Notes: generated from the letters alone by a model not told the origin. Shown: positions 40,201 through 48,272, counted from the first letter of the stretch. The stretch is DNA of 64,000 bases from an uncultured Thermoplasmata archaeon (GCA_964458595.1 CAYWJQ010000003.1:123116-187115); one strand, 5' to 3'. Numbers and translations are program-made.

Positions 40201-40780
40201 GAACGCTACAGTTGGGGAAACCGTCAAATTCACCGTTACTTCACACAATTCTGATAAAAAAGTCAAAAAAGAGATTCCGATCAATATAAAGCAGATACAC
40301 AGAGTTGACCTCTATTCTGAAGCCCAGGACAAGAAATATGGGAACGGCAAGTTCACTTATTCTGTGAAGATTAAGAACGGAGGAAACGGACAGGATTCTT
40401 ATCAAATCGAAGTCGCGAATAGAAAAACGTTGAAAAGTAGTGGTTGGAATGTAACCGTTCCAAATAAAGTAGAAGATGTCGGTGCCCATAAAGAGAAATC
40501 TGTCGAAGTGAAATTACGATCAATTTCATCCAAACCGAAGAGATCAGTCAAGTTAGAACTGATGGTGGTCTCGGAAGGAGATAGCACGAGAAAAGATACG
40601 GAAACATTTACCACTACTCTACCGGAGATCACCGGAGATAGAAACAAAGTAGGCTTTTCAGGGACCAAGATGGTATTGGAAAAACAGCCCTTCAAATTAT
40701 CTAACTGGCATTGGGGCGGGATAGTCATTTTGGTTGCGATTGTAGCCCTATATGTGATGAAGAAAAAGAGGTGGCTCTGA
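34274..40780 (+). CDS. aglB: Giant (2168 aa) AglB/STT3-type oligosaccharyltransferase fused to a ~1250-aa C-terminal array of beta-sandwich (carboxypeptidase-regulatory/PEGA/CARDB-DUF11-like) domains ending in a second TM anchor
   Basis: N-terminal multi-TM region with GGADSYYNAR (first DxD-type motif), catalytic WWDYGF motif (FVSWWDYGFECINRGKH) and a DK-like region. Then repeated ~90-aa modules (e.g. GKVFLDRGDDGSFDKTND, TVQNGTYEFSNVVPGNYTV, GRVTKEGEPLTDQKLTVLG, EYTVQISNTGNTPDEYGLSAEKSKWDIDF...VKFTVTSHN). Terminal WHWGGIVILVAIVALYVMKKKRWL. One continuous frame in the ORF track. Confidence 0.7.
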   Translation: MNSSLLGKLTSGKENPSSSPSWLEKHWDTTACLLGIFVVALIIRSYFAYEAATKFGLPYLLGGGADSYYNARIINYIAETHHHLFTDPLRGYPLPGLKNTRPPLYQWSVVLGGYLLSPFVGSLEKAINISFIFSSAFWSAMTVFPVYLIGKKTFGKKAGIAAALMLTLSAAHLGRGVLTNTNHDAFSMFWIVTGFFFFMRSLEEIRSEEKWVSDWMKVEEIKKGLAKFFGSNRRALLYSAMTGMVLGALALTWKGYSYALVIILVYFLVQIVIDKFRKKDSLGITVAIFVMMMIAFFVALPWYAKTSGGFALLEKFTTLIQWPLGRYYQIPFVIFLGTFAIGAYFSVTRDLPWVLTFSILILAGVLFFTLGPNVIRNAASQYFIQNKLYSTIAEAQAPSFSRLVLSTGLVTSFLSFIAIPLAGWHLKKTWRRSFLFVLVWLTFAIYMATTATRFIFNAAPAFALTSGWMIALMFDKANFSSVVRGFKSHRGNVIRGIREGVKIKHVLVTLFVVFLILTPNALYAIDAGIPFQEKQKYNEQVYRVLPQQLRPDDYDPDKGGLHYLGAFGYSMDRPTQYWPGAWDWFSQQDDEVPPKERPAFVSWWDYGFECINRGKHPTVADNFQHGYRFTGNVLMSQNESEMMALLVGRQLQLPYRQEGAFEGKVRAILVDHIGKKKTEKLENIYEHPNTYKDEVLSNPDRYHPRAKDIGRRNVMWAMVMGTLSYEDLKTLNSLYRDISYNSGYERLENRMGYIAVDSRMFPTSGRDTGIFHAPAYLSGHRMKTVGRTRAPVDFYSFEFIDARGRAYDDPEEVPEGARITRQRIKYKQMFFNTALYRIFAGFGKHEVGEGEKGIPGLSRTRGRRRPLKPMPSWNMTHFKTDYRTAYFNPYPNKKVQNHSEAWEAISYDKGIDLQDNKNVTVDLSSRSYMRQGVIFVRYYDGAILKGQVETEGGEPIPNAKVTVYDTSGNRYTPHHVTTTDSQGNYRAILPPGNVTVLASTGGGGREMLKKEQTLLGNEQYEISEEQALRRRIDRNGDGRWDYKLQKDFEVKPGKISGKVFLDRGDDGSFDKTNDTLYQENGKVKIKNKQSDIKYTTTVQNGTYEFSNVVPGNYTVNSSIPGSPNAREILLKPDAEKSKDIPLSVGKIGGNITYGGEVEKGEITLSIEGTDKKKQLNLGETDSFEFLDLPFGKHTLSIEDEGYALRYGPSGYNIQDTKKINRNLQVVKAYRLEGRVTKEGEPLTDQKLTVLGKRYDRVITTDQDGQFSIKVPKGRYQIYGINREGEDVYVTLDDVTVDSSTNYHGKFEKGYRLTGSAVHKGEALNRGELFIRGRTGEEYYITTNPQGRFKVYLPKGFYELYGWKKFGFRQPNRNTKFYWEDITLDSDTEVKLDSSNASLEEGKVIRDIHNSEEEGEGIFTDIHISCGGRTFTTSTTIDGNYSLYLPNQRCTFTIDKEGYHKKVLTVNPVRDVQEDIYLNAKNVSVEGDIDFDRESVGKLTLRFVPEDGGAVAKEITVDGNEYSVDLQPGDYKIVSDHFLEDSNAKYEISDSISIEPGEENIQNDLSARYRVKVQGDIEILDADESPTANIYFQGLEDEMITANGSYATYLIPGNYSVRAVHPRGHRSVQKKVKVEGLTSTDFTLEETYSVDAKLKGLRKPGIPVYFRNKETGFVIKTLSGVDGELNLNITSGNYEITVNHVIEEQVRGVKRKVKYHLTEQHSTPISGMLELEKKVLHSTLRGEVKLEGSYISGADIEIKSDDKVFDVQSNENGKYSIDEVIQGRYTVYASYQAQGETYTYFESFKMPAENKSMDITLEKSHILSGKVTLDGKGIQTGLKVVKGSARKQFDTSQDGTFRIELPKGRYSITASETREMKYGTTEFQYSASFELNHDESRNIQLKKVKEYGIKAEGLETKQASQGEVIEYTVQISNTGNTPDEYGLSAEKSKWDIDFTPQNISLQPNEKAEVNIRVKVGENATVGETVKFTVTSHNSDKKVKKEIPINIKQIHRVDLYSEAQDKKYGNGKFTYSVKIKNGGNGQDSYQIEVANRKTLKSSGWNVTVPNKVEDVGAHKEKSVEVKLRSISSKPKRSVKLELMVVSEGDSTRKDTETFTTTLPEITGDRNKVGFSGTKMVLEKQPFKLSNWHWGGIVILVAIVALYVMKKKRWL

Positions 40781-41592
40781 TGAAGTGGAAAAAAACAACG
40801 ATATTCGTTATAGCGATAGTCTTTCTTATGGTTATCAGCGGTTTTTCGGGAATGCAAGTTACCAAAGGCGCGGAAAAAGACGATAGGATTAATCCATTAG
40901 TCGATGGACCTGAAGAAGTCTTTGTGAATGTCACTGAAGTTTATCAAGTCGAAATAAAGGGGGTATTCGAGGTAAACGGAAATATAGTGGATGTAGAGAA
41001 TGCTAACAACTGGACGCTCAAAACGGAGTCCAGTCTCGATGCTACGGTAAAACCGAAAGAACAGGAGTCCTCGACGAGTAACCACTTCACCGTTAACGTC
41101 ACAGTACACGAAGCAGGTAAAGGATATCTGAACATCACGGCATATTGTGGTAAAAAGGGAAAAGTCTCTTATTCTGAAAAACAGGTTAGAATCAAAGCTG
41201 AAAAGCCTCAAAAAACCACCGTTCCTATAAACAATCCAACGAATACCACGGTTGAAGAGATGAGATTAGGACTGTTCATAGACGGTAAAAGAAAGAGCAC
41301 TATAACGGTCACCGATTTAAAATCGGGAGAAGAAAAAACAGTCACATTCAAGTGGTCGAAGAGCGGCTTGAGTTCCGGCGAACATGATTTAGAAGTTTGG
41401 GTTGATTACGGCGTATCTGCTGATTCAAGTGGTTTTACTAAACAGGATCAAGTGATAGATAGTAACTTCCATGTAAAAGGGGAAACGAATACCCTTCTCT
41501 ATGGAGGTATAATAGCGGCTGTAATAGCTAGTGGTTTCGTAGTGTTCTTATTGTATCAACAAAGAAAAAGAAAACGACGGAGACCTTGGTGA
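40780..41592 (+). CDS. CARDB-domain membrane/surface protein, translationally coupled (TGATG overlap) to the AglB-fusion gene
   Basis: Start ATG at 40780 overlaps the upstream TGA stop (ctcTGATGaag). N-terminal signal/TM (MKWKKTTIFVIAIVFLMVISGFSG). CARDB-like module (MRLGLFIDGKRKSTITVTDLKSGEEKTVTFKWSKSGLSSGEHDLEVWVDYG). C-terminal TM + poly-basic tail (LLYQQRKRKRRRPW). Confidence 0.55.
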   Translation: MKWKKTTIFVIAIVFLMVISGFSGMQVTKGAEKDDRINPLVDGPEEVFVNVTEVYQVEIKGVFEVNGNIVDVENANNWTLKTESSLDATVKPKEQESSTSNHFTVNVTVHEAGKGYLNITAYCGKKGKVSYSEKQVRIKAEKPQKTTVPINNPTNTTVEEMRLGLFIDGKRKSTITVTDLKSGEEKTVTFKWSKSGLSSGEHDLEVWVDYGVSADSSGFTKQDQVIDSNFHVKGETNTLLYGGIIAAVIASGFVVFLLYQQRKRKRRRPW

Positions 41593-41829
41593 ACTAAAAC
41601 CATTCCTTAATCTTTACAACTTATCGGTTTTTTTCGTGGCTTTTAATTCAATCGATATATGATAGAGAGAAAGATAGAATCGGATTTTTAATTATAGAGT
41701 AAGACGTAACTTTTTGGACTAAGTTCCGCCTTACTCCACTAGTAAAAGACACGATTAACCTCAGAAAGTTTTGTCTTTTACTATAAAAGATAATTTGAAG
41801 AAGTTTTAAATTTGGAAATTTTTCCTTCT

Positions 41830-44025
41830 CTACATTACCTCACTGTCGGGAGAAAGATCCTTATCTAGTTTGATCGCTCCCTCGCTGTCCTTTAAAACGA
41901 GAGCATTTTTTTCTCCGATCAATGCGACGCTAGTACCCTCGAACGGTTCTTCATCCAACGGTTCTAGCTCCTTTCCCGCTTGAACTCTTCCATCTTTCGA
42001 GACGACGCTCTTGAAATCATACTCTTTGAATTCTTCGAAAGATATCTTCTCAGCGTCACCGTTAGTCTTTTGAATGTTTTCTCCTATCGAACCCTCGGGT
42101 CTGAGCAAGGAAACGGTATCGTCTTCTTGAGCAGCTAACATCATTCCTTCGGATTTAATCCCTCTCAATTCTGCAGCTTCCAGATTGGCCACTACAGCTA
42201 TTTTTCTACTTTCCATTTCGGATCTATCGTAATAGGGTTTGAGTCCCGCGACCAACGTTCTTTCCTCGTCACCTAAGTCCACCCTCGTTACGTAGAGTTT
42301 ATCGGCATTGGGATGCTCTTTGACTTTCGTTATCTTCCCTACTCTGAGATCAAGCTTTTTCATAGACTCCTCAAGTTCTGATCCCTTCCTCATCTCTTCG
42401 AGATCGATGGTATCGTAGAGAGGTTCGGGTTCTTTCAACTTGATTCCTACTTCAAGAGGTTCTAAAGCTTCTTTCCACTCCTGATCGTGAACGCTCTCTT
42501 GACTTTCAGAAAGATAATCCCAAAGAGTTTCCATGCTTTTAGGAAGATAAGGAGCAGCGGTGATGCAGAGCGTTTTCACCATCCTTAAAGAAATATTCAG
42601 AGTAGTGGCTGCAGAATCTTTATTGTCCGGTATATCTTCCCAGGGAGCCTTATCGTTGAAGTACTTATTTCCCATGCGAGAGAGCTCTAGTACTTTTTTA
42701 AGTCCCTTTTTGAATTTTCTGTTTTCTATATACGCTCCGATACTCTCGGTTTTATTTTCGATCTCGTCCAGTATCTTCTCGTCCCTTTCGTCGAGTTCTC
42801 CAGGCTCTGGTACTTCTCCAAAGTTCGAGTAAGTGAATGAGAGGACCCTGTGTATAAAGTTGCCTAGATTACCAACCAATTCGGAGTTTATCTTGTCCTC
42901 GAATTCGTCCCAGTCGAAATTCGTATCTTTGGTTTCCGGCATTATGGCGGTTATGTAGTAGCGGACCGCATCGCTATCGAAATCTTCCAATATGTCTGGA
43001 AGAGAAACGATAGTACCTCTAGAGGTTGAGAACTGTTCTCCCCCGAGCCTCATGTACTGGTTCGCCGGCACATCATAAGGCAGATTCAGTTCGCTATCAT
43101 ACCCCATCAACATCGAGGGCCATATGATCGTGTGGAAAGGTATATTATCCTTCGCTAGAAAGTAATAATGCTCTGCTTCAGAATTTTTCCAGAATTTTGT
43201 CCAATCTCCATCCGTCTCTTCGGACCACTTGATGGAGGTGGAAAGATAACCGATGACGGCTTCGAACCACACGTATATCTTCTTTTCTTCGTAACCTTCT
43301 ATAGGTACGGGTATCCCCCAATCCATATCTCTAGAGATAGGACGATCTTCAAGTCCCTCGTTCAACCAACTTTTAGTAAAATTCAGCACGTGATCTTTCC
43401 AGTGATACTTATCTTCCAAATAATCCTCTAGAACATTCTGGAAATTCGAAAGTTTCAAGAAAAAGTGTTCACTCTCTCTCATCCTGGGTTCTTCACCGCA
43501 GTGCTTACATTTCGGATCGATAAGATCTTCTGGATCTAAAAGCGTTCCGCATTCGTCGCATTGATCCCCCTTGATCTCTTCCTGTCCGCATTCCGGGCAT
43601 GTACCTATCACGTACCTATCGGGGAGAGACCTCTCACAATTGTCGCAGTAGAAAGTTTCCATAGAATCTAGATAGATGTGATCTTTCTCGTAAAGGGTCT
43701 TAAAGATATCTCTAACTACCCTTTTGTGAGTTTCATTCATGGTGTATGTGAAAAGCGAAAATTCTACGTTCAGGTCCTGTAAAGCTTTAGAATTTATTTT
43801 ATGATATTTTTCGGCGGTTTCTTCAGGTGTTAGACCTTCCTCTTCGGCTGTAACGGTAACGGGAGTTCCATGTTGGTCTGAACCTGAGACCATCAGAACT
43901 TCATTGCTTTTCATCTCATGATAACGTCTAAATATGTCCGGTGGAAGGTAACAGCCACCCACTTGACCTATATGGATCGGGCCGTTGGCATAAGGCCATG
44001 CTACTCCTATGAGGATTCGTTTCAT
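41830..44025 (-). CDS. metG: Methionyl-tRNA synthetase with zinc knuckles and C-terminal EMAP/tRNA-binding domain
   Basis: PYANGPIHIGQVGGCYLPPDIFRRYHEMKSNEVLMVSGSDQHGTPV. Zn knuckles CDNCERS...CPECG...CDECG. C-terminal KLDLRVGKITKVKEHPNADKLYVTRVDLG (OB-fold tRNA-binding). The likely start is the ATG at 44025 (MKRILIG). This fits a TATA-like TTTATAT ~28 bp upstream, rather than the ORF-track start at 44088. Confidence 0.8.
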   Translation of the reverse strand: MKRILIGVAWPYANGPIHIGQVGGCYLPPDIFRRYHEMKSNEVLMVSGSDQHGTPVTVTAEEEGLTPEETAEKYHKINSKALQDLNVEFSLFTYTMNETHKRVVRDIFKTLYEKDHIYLDSMETFYCDNCERSLPDRYVIGTCPECGQEEIKGDQCDECGTLLDPEDLIDPKCKHCGEEPRMRESEHFFLKLSNFQNVLEDYLEDKYHWKDHVLNFTKSWLNEGLEDRPISRDMDWGIPVPIEGYEEKKIYVWFEAVIGYLSTSIKWSEETDGDWTKFWKNSEAEHYYFLAKDNIPFHTIIWPSMLMGYDSELNLPYDVPANQYMRLGGEQFSTSRGTIVSLPDILEDFDSDAVRYYITAIMPETKDTNFDWDEFEDKINSELVGNLGNFIHRVLSFTYSNFGEVPEPGELDERDEKILDEIENKTESIGAYIENRKFKKGLKKVLELSRMGNKYFNDKAPWEDIPDNKDSAATTLNISLRMVKTLCITAAPYLPKSMETLWDYLSESQESVHDQEWKEALEPLEVGIKLKEPEPLYDTIDLEEMRKGSELEESMKKLDLRVGKITKVKEHPNADKLYVTRVDLGDEERTLVAGLKPYYDRSEMESRKIAVVANLEAAELRGIKSEGMMLAAQEDDTVSLLRPEGSIGENIQKTNGDAEKISFEEFKEYDFKSVVSKDGRVQAGKELEPLDEEPFEGTSVALIGEKNALVLKDSEGAIKLDKDLSPDSEVM

Positions 44026-44186
44026 GTTTAGAAGAAATATGTCCTGGGATATAAATTCAATGATTCGATTCCTGCTCGAGCGGTACAAAAACTAGAGATT
44101 AGATTTTCTCATTTTATTCGAAATTCTACCAGTTCACAAATCGGAGATTTATTCATGAACCAAGGTTCAAACCCTTTTAAAAAAAG

Positions 44187-44203
44187 ATGCAGGCGACGGG
44201 ATT
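44187..44203. repeat. 17-bp duplicate of the tRNA-Gly 3' end (ATGCAGGCGACGGGATT), part of a ~55-bp imperfect tandem duplication of the tRNA 3' flank
   Basis: Identical 17-mer at 44323-44339 (within/abutting the tRNA). Neighbouring TTCATGAACCAAGGTTCAAACCC (44152-44174) is similar to TTCGTGAACCCAAGGGTTCTCATCCC (44265-44290). Confidence 0.5.
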
Positions 44204-44323
44204 CTGCTCAGAATATTCACTCTGTTCATATTCTAGGCGCTCACAAAATCAAAAATCGATTTTGTTCGTGAACCCAAGGGTTCTCATCCCTCTGTCTTCT
44301 TTTTTTCCGAAAAGGTAGTCAAA

Positions 44324-44396
44324 TGCAGGCGACGGGATTTGAACCCGTGCTATGAGCTTGGAAGGCTCAGATCCTACCAAACTAGATCACGCCTGC
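44324..44396 (-). tRNA. tRNA-Gly (anticodon UCC)
   Basis: Reverse complement folds as a cloverleaf: acceptor GCAGGCG/CGCCTGC, D-arm ATCT..GGAT, anticodon stem TGAGC/GCTCA with loop CTTCCAA (anticodon TCC), T-arm ACGGG TTCAAAT CCCGT, discriminator A. No CCA encoded. 73 nt. Confidence 0.8.
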
Positions 44397-44561
44397 AACT
44401 ATTTTGATTGATTACAATAAGGGTGATATTAATCTTTTCTGCTTCTATGTCTTACGGCGGATTTGTTTTCCTTTATTTTCAAGATTTTACTGTAAGAATT
44501 GAATGAATATCACCATTTGAAATCTATTTGAACGGCTCATCTTCCGATAGATTTTTATTGT

Positions 44562-44984
44562 TTGCCATCAATCAGCTTGTCGGACGTGAATGACATGATA
44601 GGCGACTTCATCAAGAAAAAGACCCATTTCAAGGAAAAAAAGGGAAAAGGACCCGAGCTGGGTTCTGAAGAATACATCGATCTCACCCACATGGCCGAGG
44701 AAGAAGAGGAAAAAGTTTTCGAAGCAGATACTTTGATAAAGATAGCCGAAGTCCATCGGTACGAGGATGTCAGAGACGTAACTGAAGAATTGTATGACGG
44801 CAACATACTGTTGGTCGATGTGGAAGCTATCGCTGGAAGTGAAGATTCTTTGAAGAGAGTACAGAGCGAGCTCAAGGCGGTCGCTAACGAGGTATCTGGT
44901 GATATCGCTAGAGTAGGCAATAACTTTATAGCCGTAACTCCAGAAGATATCGGTATCGACAGGAATAAGATAAAACCTTTCTAG
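44562..44984 (+). CDS. sepF: Cell division protein SepF (FtsZ-binding), archaeal
   Basis: C-terminal DUF552/SepF domain: ADTLIKIAEVHRYEDVRDVTEELYDGNILLVDVEAIAGSEDSLKRVQSELKAVANEVSGDIARVGNNFIAVTPEDIGI. Start may be an internal Met. Confidence 0.65.
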   Translation: MPSISLSDVNDMIGDFIKKKTHFKEKKGKGPELGSEEYIDLTHMAEEEEEKVFEADTLIKIAEVHRYEDVRDVTEELYDGNILLVDVEAIAGSEDSLKRVQSELKAVANEVSGDIARVGNNFIAVTPEDIGIDRNKIKPF

Positions 44985-45034
44985 GTCTTTCATCCTATTC
45001 CTTTCGTTTGGATATGGGTCCTTTCGACCTTCAC

Positions 45035-45979
45035 TTATCCGTCTAGGGCTAGCCCTTTTTCTGTTGATTTGAGAATGTAGGAAGTGCCACCTTTTTTTTC
45101 TATCTCTTCGGAAACTCTTTCTGGTCGATCTGTCAACGCTATCATCGAGCCACCGCCCCCCGCTCCGGTCAGTTTCGCCCCGTAAGAAAATTTTCTCGCT
45201 CCCCGGATCAATTTTTCCAATTTAGGATGACTGACACCCAGAATAGAAAGTAGACGATGGTTCTTATTCATCAATTTACCCACTTTTTCCAGATCACCGT
45301 TTTCCAAAGACTCGGCGCCTTCTATAACGATCTCGCCTATATCTCTGATTATCTCTTTAGCGAAGTTGCTCTTGTGGTAAAATTTGCGCACTTTCTTAAC
45401 TAGAGGTCCGGTCGGGGAATGTACACCGGTATCGCCCACCACGAAATCGATATCGGGTATCTCTCGATGATGTATGTTCCATGTGGTATCTTCTCGATTT
45501 ATCTTCCACATGAAGTCCTCTTTTTTTTCTTCTGAGACCATCACCGCATTACCATGGGTGGAAGTCGAGGTATCTATCGGACTCGCTCCCCCTTGAACTT
45601 CATACTCGATATCGAAAGCGTCCTTTGCTATAAATTCCTCTTCGAACTCTTCCCCCAAAAAGCTTCGCAAACAGCCCAACGTTGAAACTGTCACGGCTGC
45701 CGAAGACCCCATGCCGGCTCCACTAGGCAGTTCACTCTCTGTTTCTATATTCAATTTTTTTTCTGTACCTACTTTATCTATACAATCCAGTATATAACTG
45801 TGATATTTTCTCTCTATAGGATATCCGTTCACAAAAGTTTCCGTGTCTGAAGGTGAGATCTTACAGGTAGTGCGTTTATTCACCGCTAAAGCCAGTGCCG
45901 GCTCTCCGTAAACAACAGCGTGTTCTCCGAATAAGATCACTTTTCCGGGGGCAGAAGCTTTTGCTGTCACAACATACAA
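45035..45979 (-). CDS. mvk: Mevalonate kinase (GHMP kinase family)
   Basis: APGKVILFGEHAVVYGEPALA (motif I), SELPSGAGMGSSAAV (motif II), C-terminal TGAGGGGSMIAL (motif III). Confidence 0.8.
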   Translation of the reverse strand: MYVVTAKASAPGKVILFGEHAVVYGEPALALAVNKRTTCKISPSDTETFVNGYPIERKYHSYILDCIDKVGTEKKLNIETESELPSGAGMGSSAAVTVSTLGCLRSFLGEEFEEEFIAKDAFDIEYEVQGGASPIDTSTSTHGNAVMVSEEKKEDFMWKINREDTTWNIHHREIPDIDFVVGDTGVHSPTGPLVKKVRKFYHKSNFAKEIIRDIGEIVIEGAESLENGDLEKVGKLMNKNHRLLSILGVSHPKLEKLIRGARKFSYGAKLTGAGGGGSMIALTDRPERVSEEIEKKGGTSYILKSTEKGLALDG

Positions 45980-46012
45980 AAATAGAATTGGTACTTAATG
46001 GTTGCTGAAGAT

Positions 46013-46891
46013 CTATAGGTAACTGAAGTCAGTAGACATCTTTCTCAACCGTTTAACTCTCTCTTCGGTCGGCGGGTGTGATGAAAAGAGTCTTACGAAT
46101 AGGCTCTTCTTGAACGGATTAACTATGAAGAGTGAAGAGTTTGTCATGCTTTTGCTTTTCATCGGATTCCGCCTATTTTCCGATTCCAATTTTTCTAAGG
46201 CCCTGGCTAGAGCGCCCGGATTTTTCGATATCTCCGCACCTTTCTCGTCTGCCTTGAATTCCCTTTTTCGAGATATAGCCATCCTGATTATTATCGCACC
46301 TATGGGGGCTAAGACCATCGCTACCAGCAAGATGGGGTTCATCCTTTTTTGTCCCCTACCGAAAAACATCTGAAACCAGACTATCCTAGCCATAATAGTT
46401 ATCGCTCCGGCGAGGGTCGCGGCTATACTCATAACGAGCATATCTCTATCCTTGATATGTCCTATCTCGTGGGCTATAACACCCTTGAGCTCTTCTTCAT
46501 TGAGTGTTCTGAGTATTCCTTTCGTTGCTGCTACCACTGCATTATCCTCGTTCCGCCCGGTGGCGAAAGCATTGGGTGTATCGGACGGGATTATCGCGAC
46601 CCTCGGCATCTTTATATCCGCTTCATAGGCCACTTCTTTCACTATATTGTAGAGCTTAGGATTGTCCGATTCTTCTATTATCTCGGCACCGTGAGCTCTT
46701 AGTATCAATTTATGGCTGTAGTAATAAGAGCCCAGGTTTAAGGCCGCTGCGAGGATGAGAAATAGGATAGTACCTAGTATCCAATTTCCTAGTAAAAATC
46801 CTCCGATAAGGTACCCTATCACTATGAATAAGAGCACCATGAAGGCGAATAATCCACCGGTCGTAGCTTTGTAACCCATCAATTCTTTCAT
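46013..46891 (-). CDS. htpX: HtpX-like membrane zinc metalloprotease (M48 family)
   Basis: HEIGHIKDRD (HExxH), TM helices at N-terminus and mid-protein, ...ALEKL... tail. ~292 aa. Confidence 0.8.
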   Translation of the reverse strand: MKELMGYKATTGGLFAFMVLLFIVIGYLIGGFLLGNWILGTILFLILAAALNLGSYYYSHKLILRAHGAEIIEESDNPKLYNIVKEVAYEADIKMPRVAIIPSDTPNAFATGRNEDNAVVAATKGILRTLNEEELKGVIAHEIGHIKDRDMLVMSIAATLAGAITIMARIVWFQMFFGRGQKRMNPILLVAMVLAPIGAIIIRMAISRKREFKADEKGAEISKNPGALARALEKLESENRRNPMKSKSMTNSSLFIVNPFKKSLFVRLFSSHPPTEERVKRLRKMSTDFSYL

Positions 46892-46999
46892 GTGTTTTAG
46901 GCTGTAAATAAAGGTTTTGATAGATTATGGTGAAGCATATAGTTATCCATAGATTCAATTACGCATATCAAAAAATCTTTTACAGGAAAGTACGATAGG

Positions 47000-48244
47000 A
47001 TGGTCGTGAATGGAAAGAACAAGAATCGAAGATTTCTTTCTCGCGTTCTTCGAGATCATTATTCGACCGTAGACCTTTCACTTCCTTACAGGTTTACGAT
47101 GCGTGAGTTCGCCTTCATCTATTTCGACAGCGAAGGCATGCACAGACCCGTAGCTTTCAATTCAAAAAAAGAAACTAAAGAGTTCTTGAAAGAGAAGACT
47201 CCACTCCATTCTTATTATTCCACCGCTTACTATTCTAACCCTGAGGCGCCCATGGCCGATAAAGAATGGCTCGGCGCCGATCTGGTCTTCGATCTGGACG
47301 CCGATCATCTCGCCGGCAGCGAGGATATGAACTACGTGGAGCAGTTGAAAAAAGTCAAAGAAAAATGTATGCTCTTGATCGAAGACTTTTTGATAGAGGA
47401 TTTCGGCTTCGAAAGAGAGGATCTGGACCTATATTTCTCTGGGAATAGAGGTTATCACGTCCACGTTAGACGGAATGAAATATTATCCCTTTCCAGTCAA
47501 GCAAGAAGGGAGATAGTCGATTATATCACAGGTGTAGGACTAGATTTAGACGTCATACTTCCTTACGAAACCGTCAAAGTGGGTGAGTACAAAGACATCG
47601 ATAACATAAAGAAGTCTCCGATCCTTCCGGATGTCGAAAAAGGAGGGTGGAAAAAGAAAACGAGAACCTTGACCTCGGAATTACTAAAACGATGGAACCA
47701 GATGCCTAAACGGGAGGTCCTCAAGGAGATGGAAGAGAAACATGGGGTGGGAACGAAGACTGCCGAGGGGTTATATGACGATCTTTTCGAGAAAGGAAAA
47801 TGGGAAACGATAATCAGCGAGGGAGTCTTAGACGTATTTTCTGAAGATAAGAGGATGGTGAACGTTTCGACGTTCGAAAAGATAATAGAAGGGATTTTGA
47901 AGGAAGAGAACGTTCAGGAGATCGGTTCTCAGATCGTCGGTTCTACTGACGAGCCCGTGACTGGGGACACAAAAAGACTGATCAGGCTTCCATCTTCCAT
48001 ACACGGCGGGTCTTTTTTGACGGTAGAGAAGATCGATATAGATTCATTCGATACTTTCGATCCTCTGAGTGATGCGACTCTCGATTTCTTGACTGAAAAA
48101 GAATATAAGATCGTTTTTGAAACTCTGCCGGAAATAGGCGTTCTAGAGATCAAAAATAGCTTTTTCGACATCGAAAAAGAGATGGAGATCCCAGAGTTTG
48201 CGTTACCGTTCTTCATATCGAAGCTAGGGGCGAAAGTCCTATAA
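47000..48244 (+). CDS. priS: DNA primase small (catalytic) subunit PriS
   Basis: DLVFDLDADHL (catalytic DxD), YFSGNRGYHVHV, RLPSSIHGGS are archaeo-eukaryotic primase signatures. Confidence 0.8.
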   Translation: MVVNGKNKNRRFLSRVLRDHYSTVDLSLPYRFTMREFAFIYFDSEGMHRPVAFNSKKETKEFLKEKTPLHSYYSTAYYSNPEAPMADKEWLGADLVFDLDADHLAGSEDMNYVEQLKKVKEKCMLLIEDFLIEDFGFEREDLDLYFSGNRGYHVHVRRNEILSLSSQARREIVDYITGVGLDLDVILPYETVKVGEYKDIDNIKKSPILPDVEKGGWKKKTRTLTSELLKRWNQMPKREVLKEMEEKHGVGTKTAEGLYDDLFEKGKWETIISEGVLDVFSEDKRMVNVSTFEKIIEGILKEENVQEIGSQIVGSTDEPVTGDTKRLIRLPSSIHGGSFLTVEKIDIDSFDTFDPLSDATLDFLTEKEYKIVFETLPEIGVLEIKNSFFDIEKEMEIPEFALPFFISKLGAKVL

Positions 48245-48272
48245 GGGAAAATACCAATAAAGAATCAGTTTT

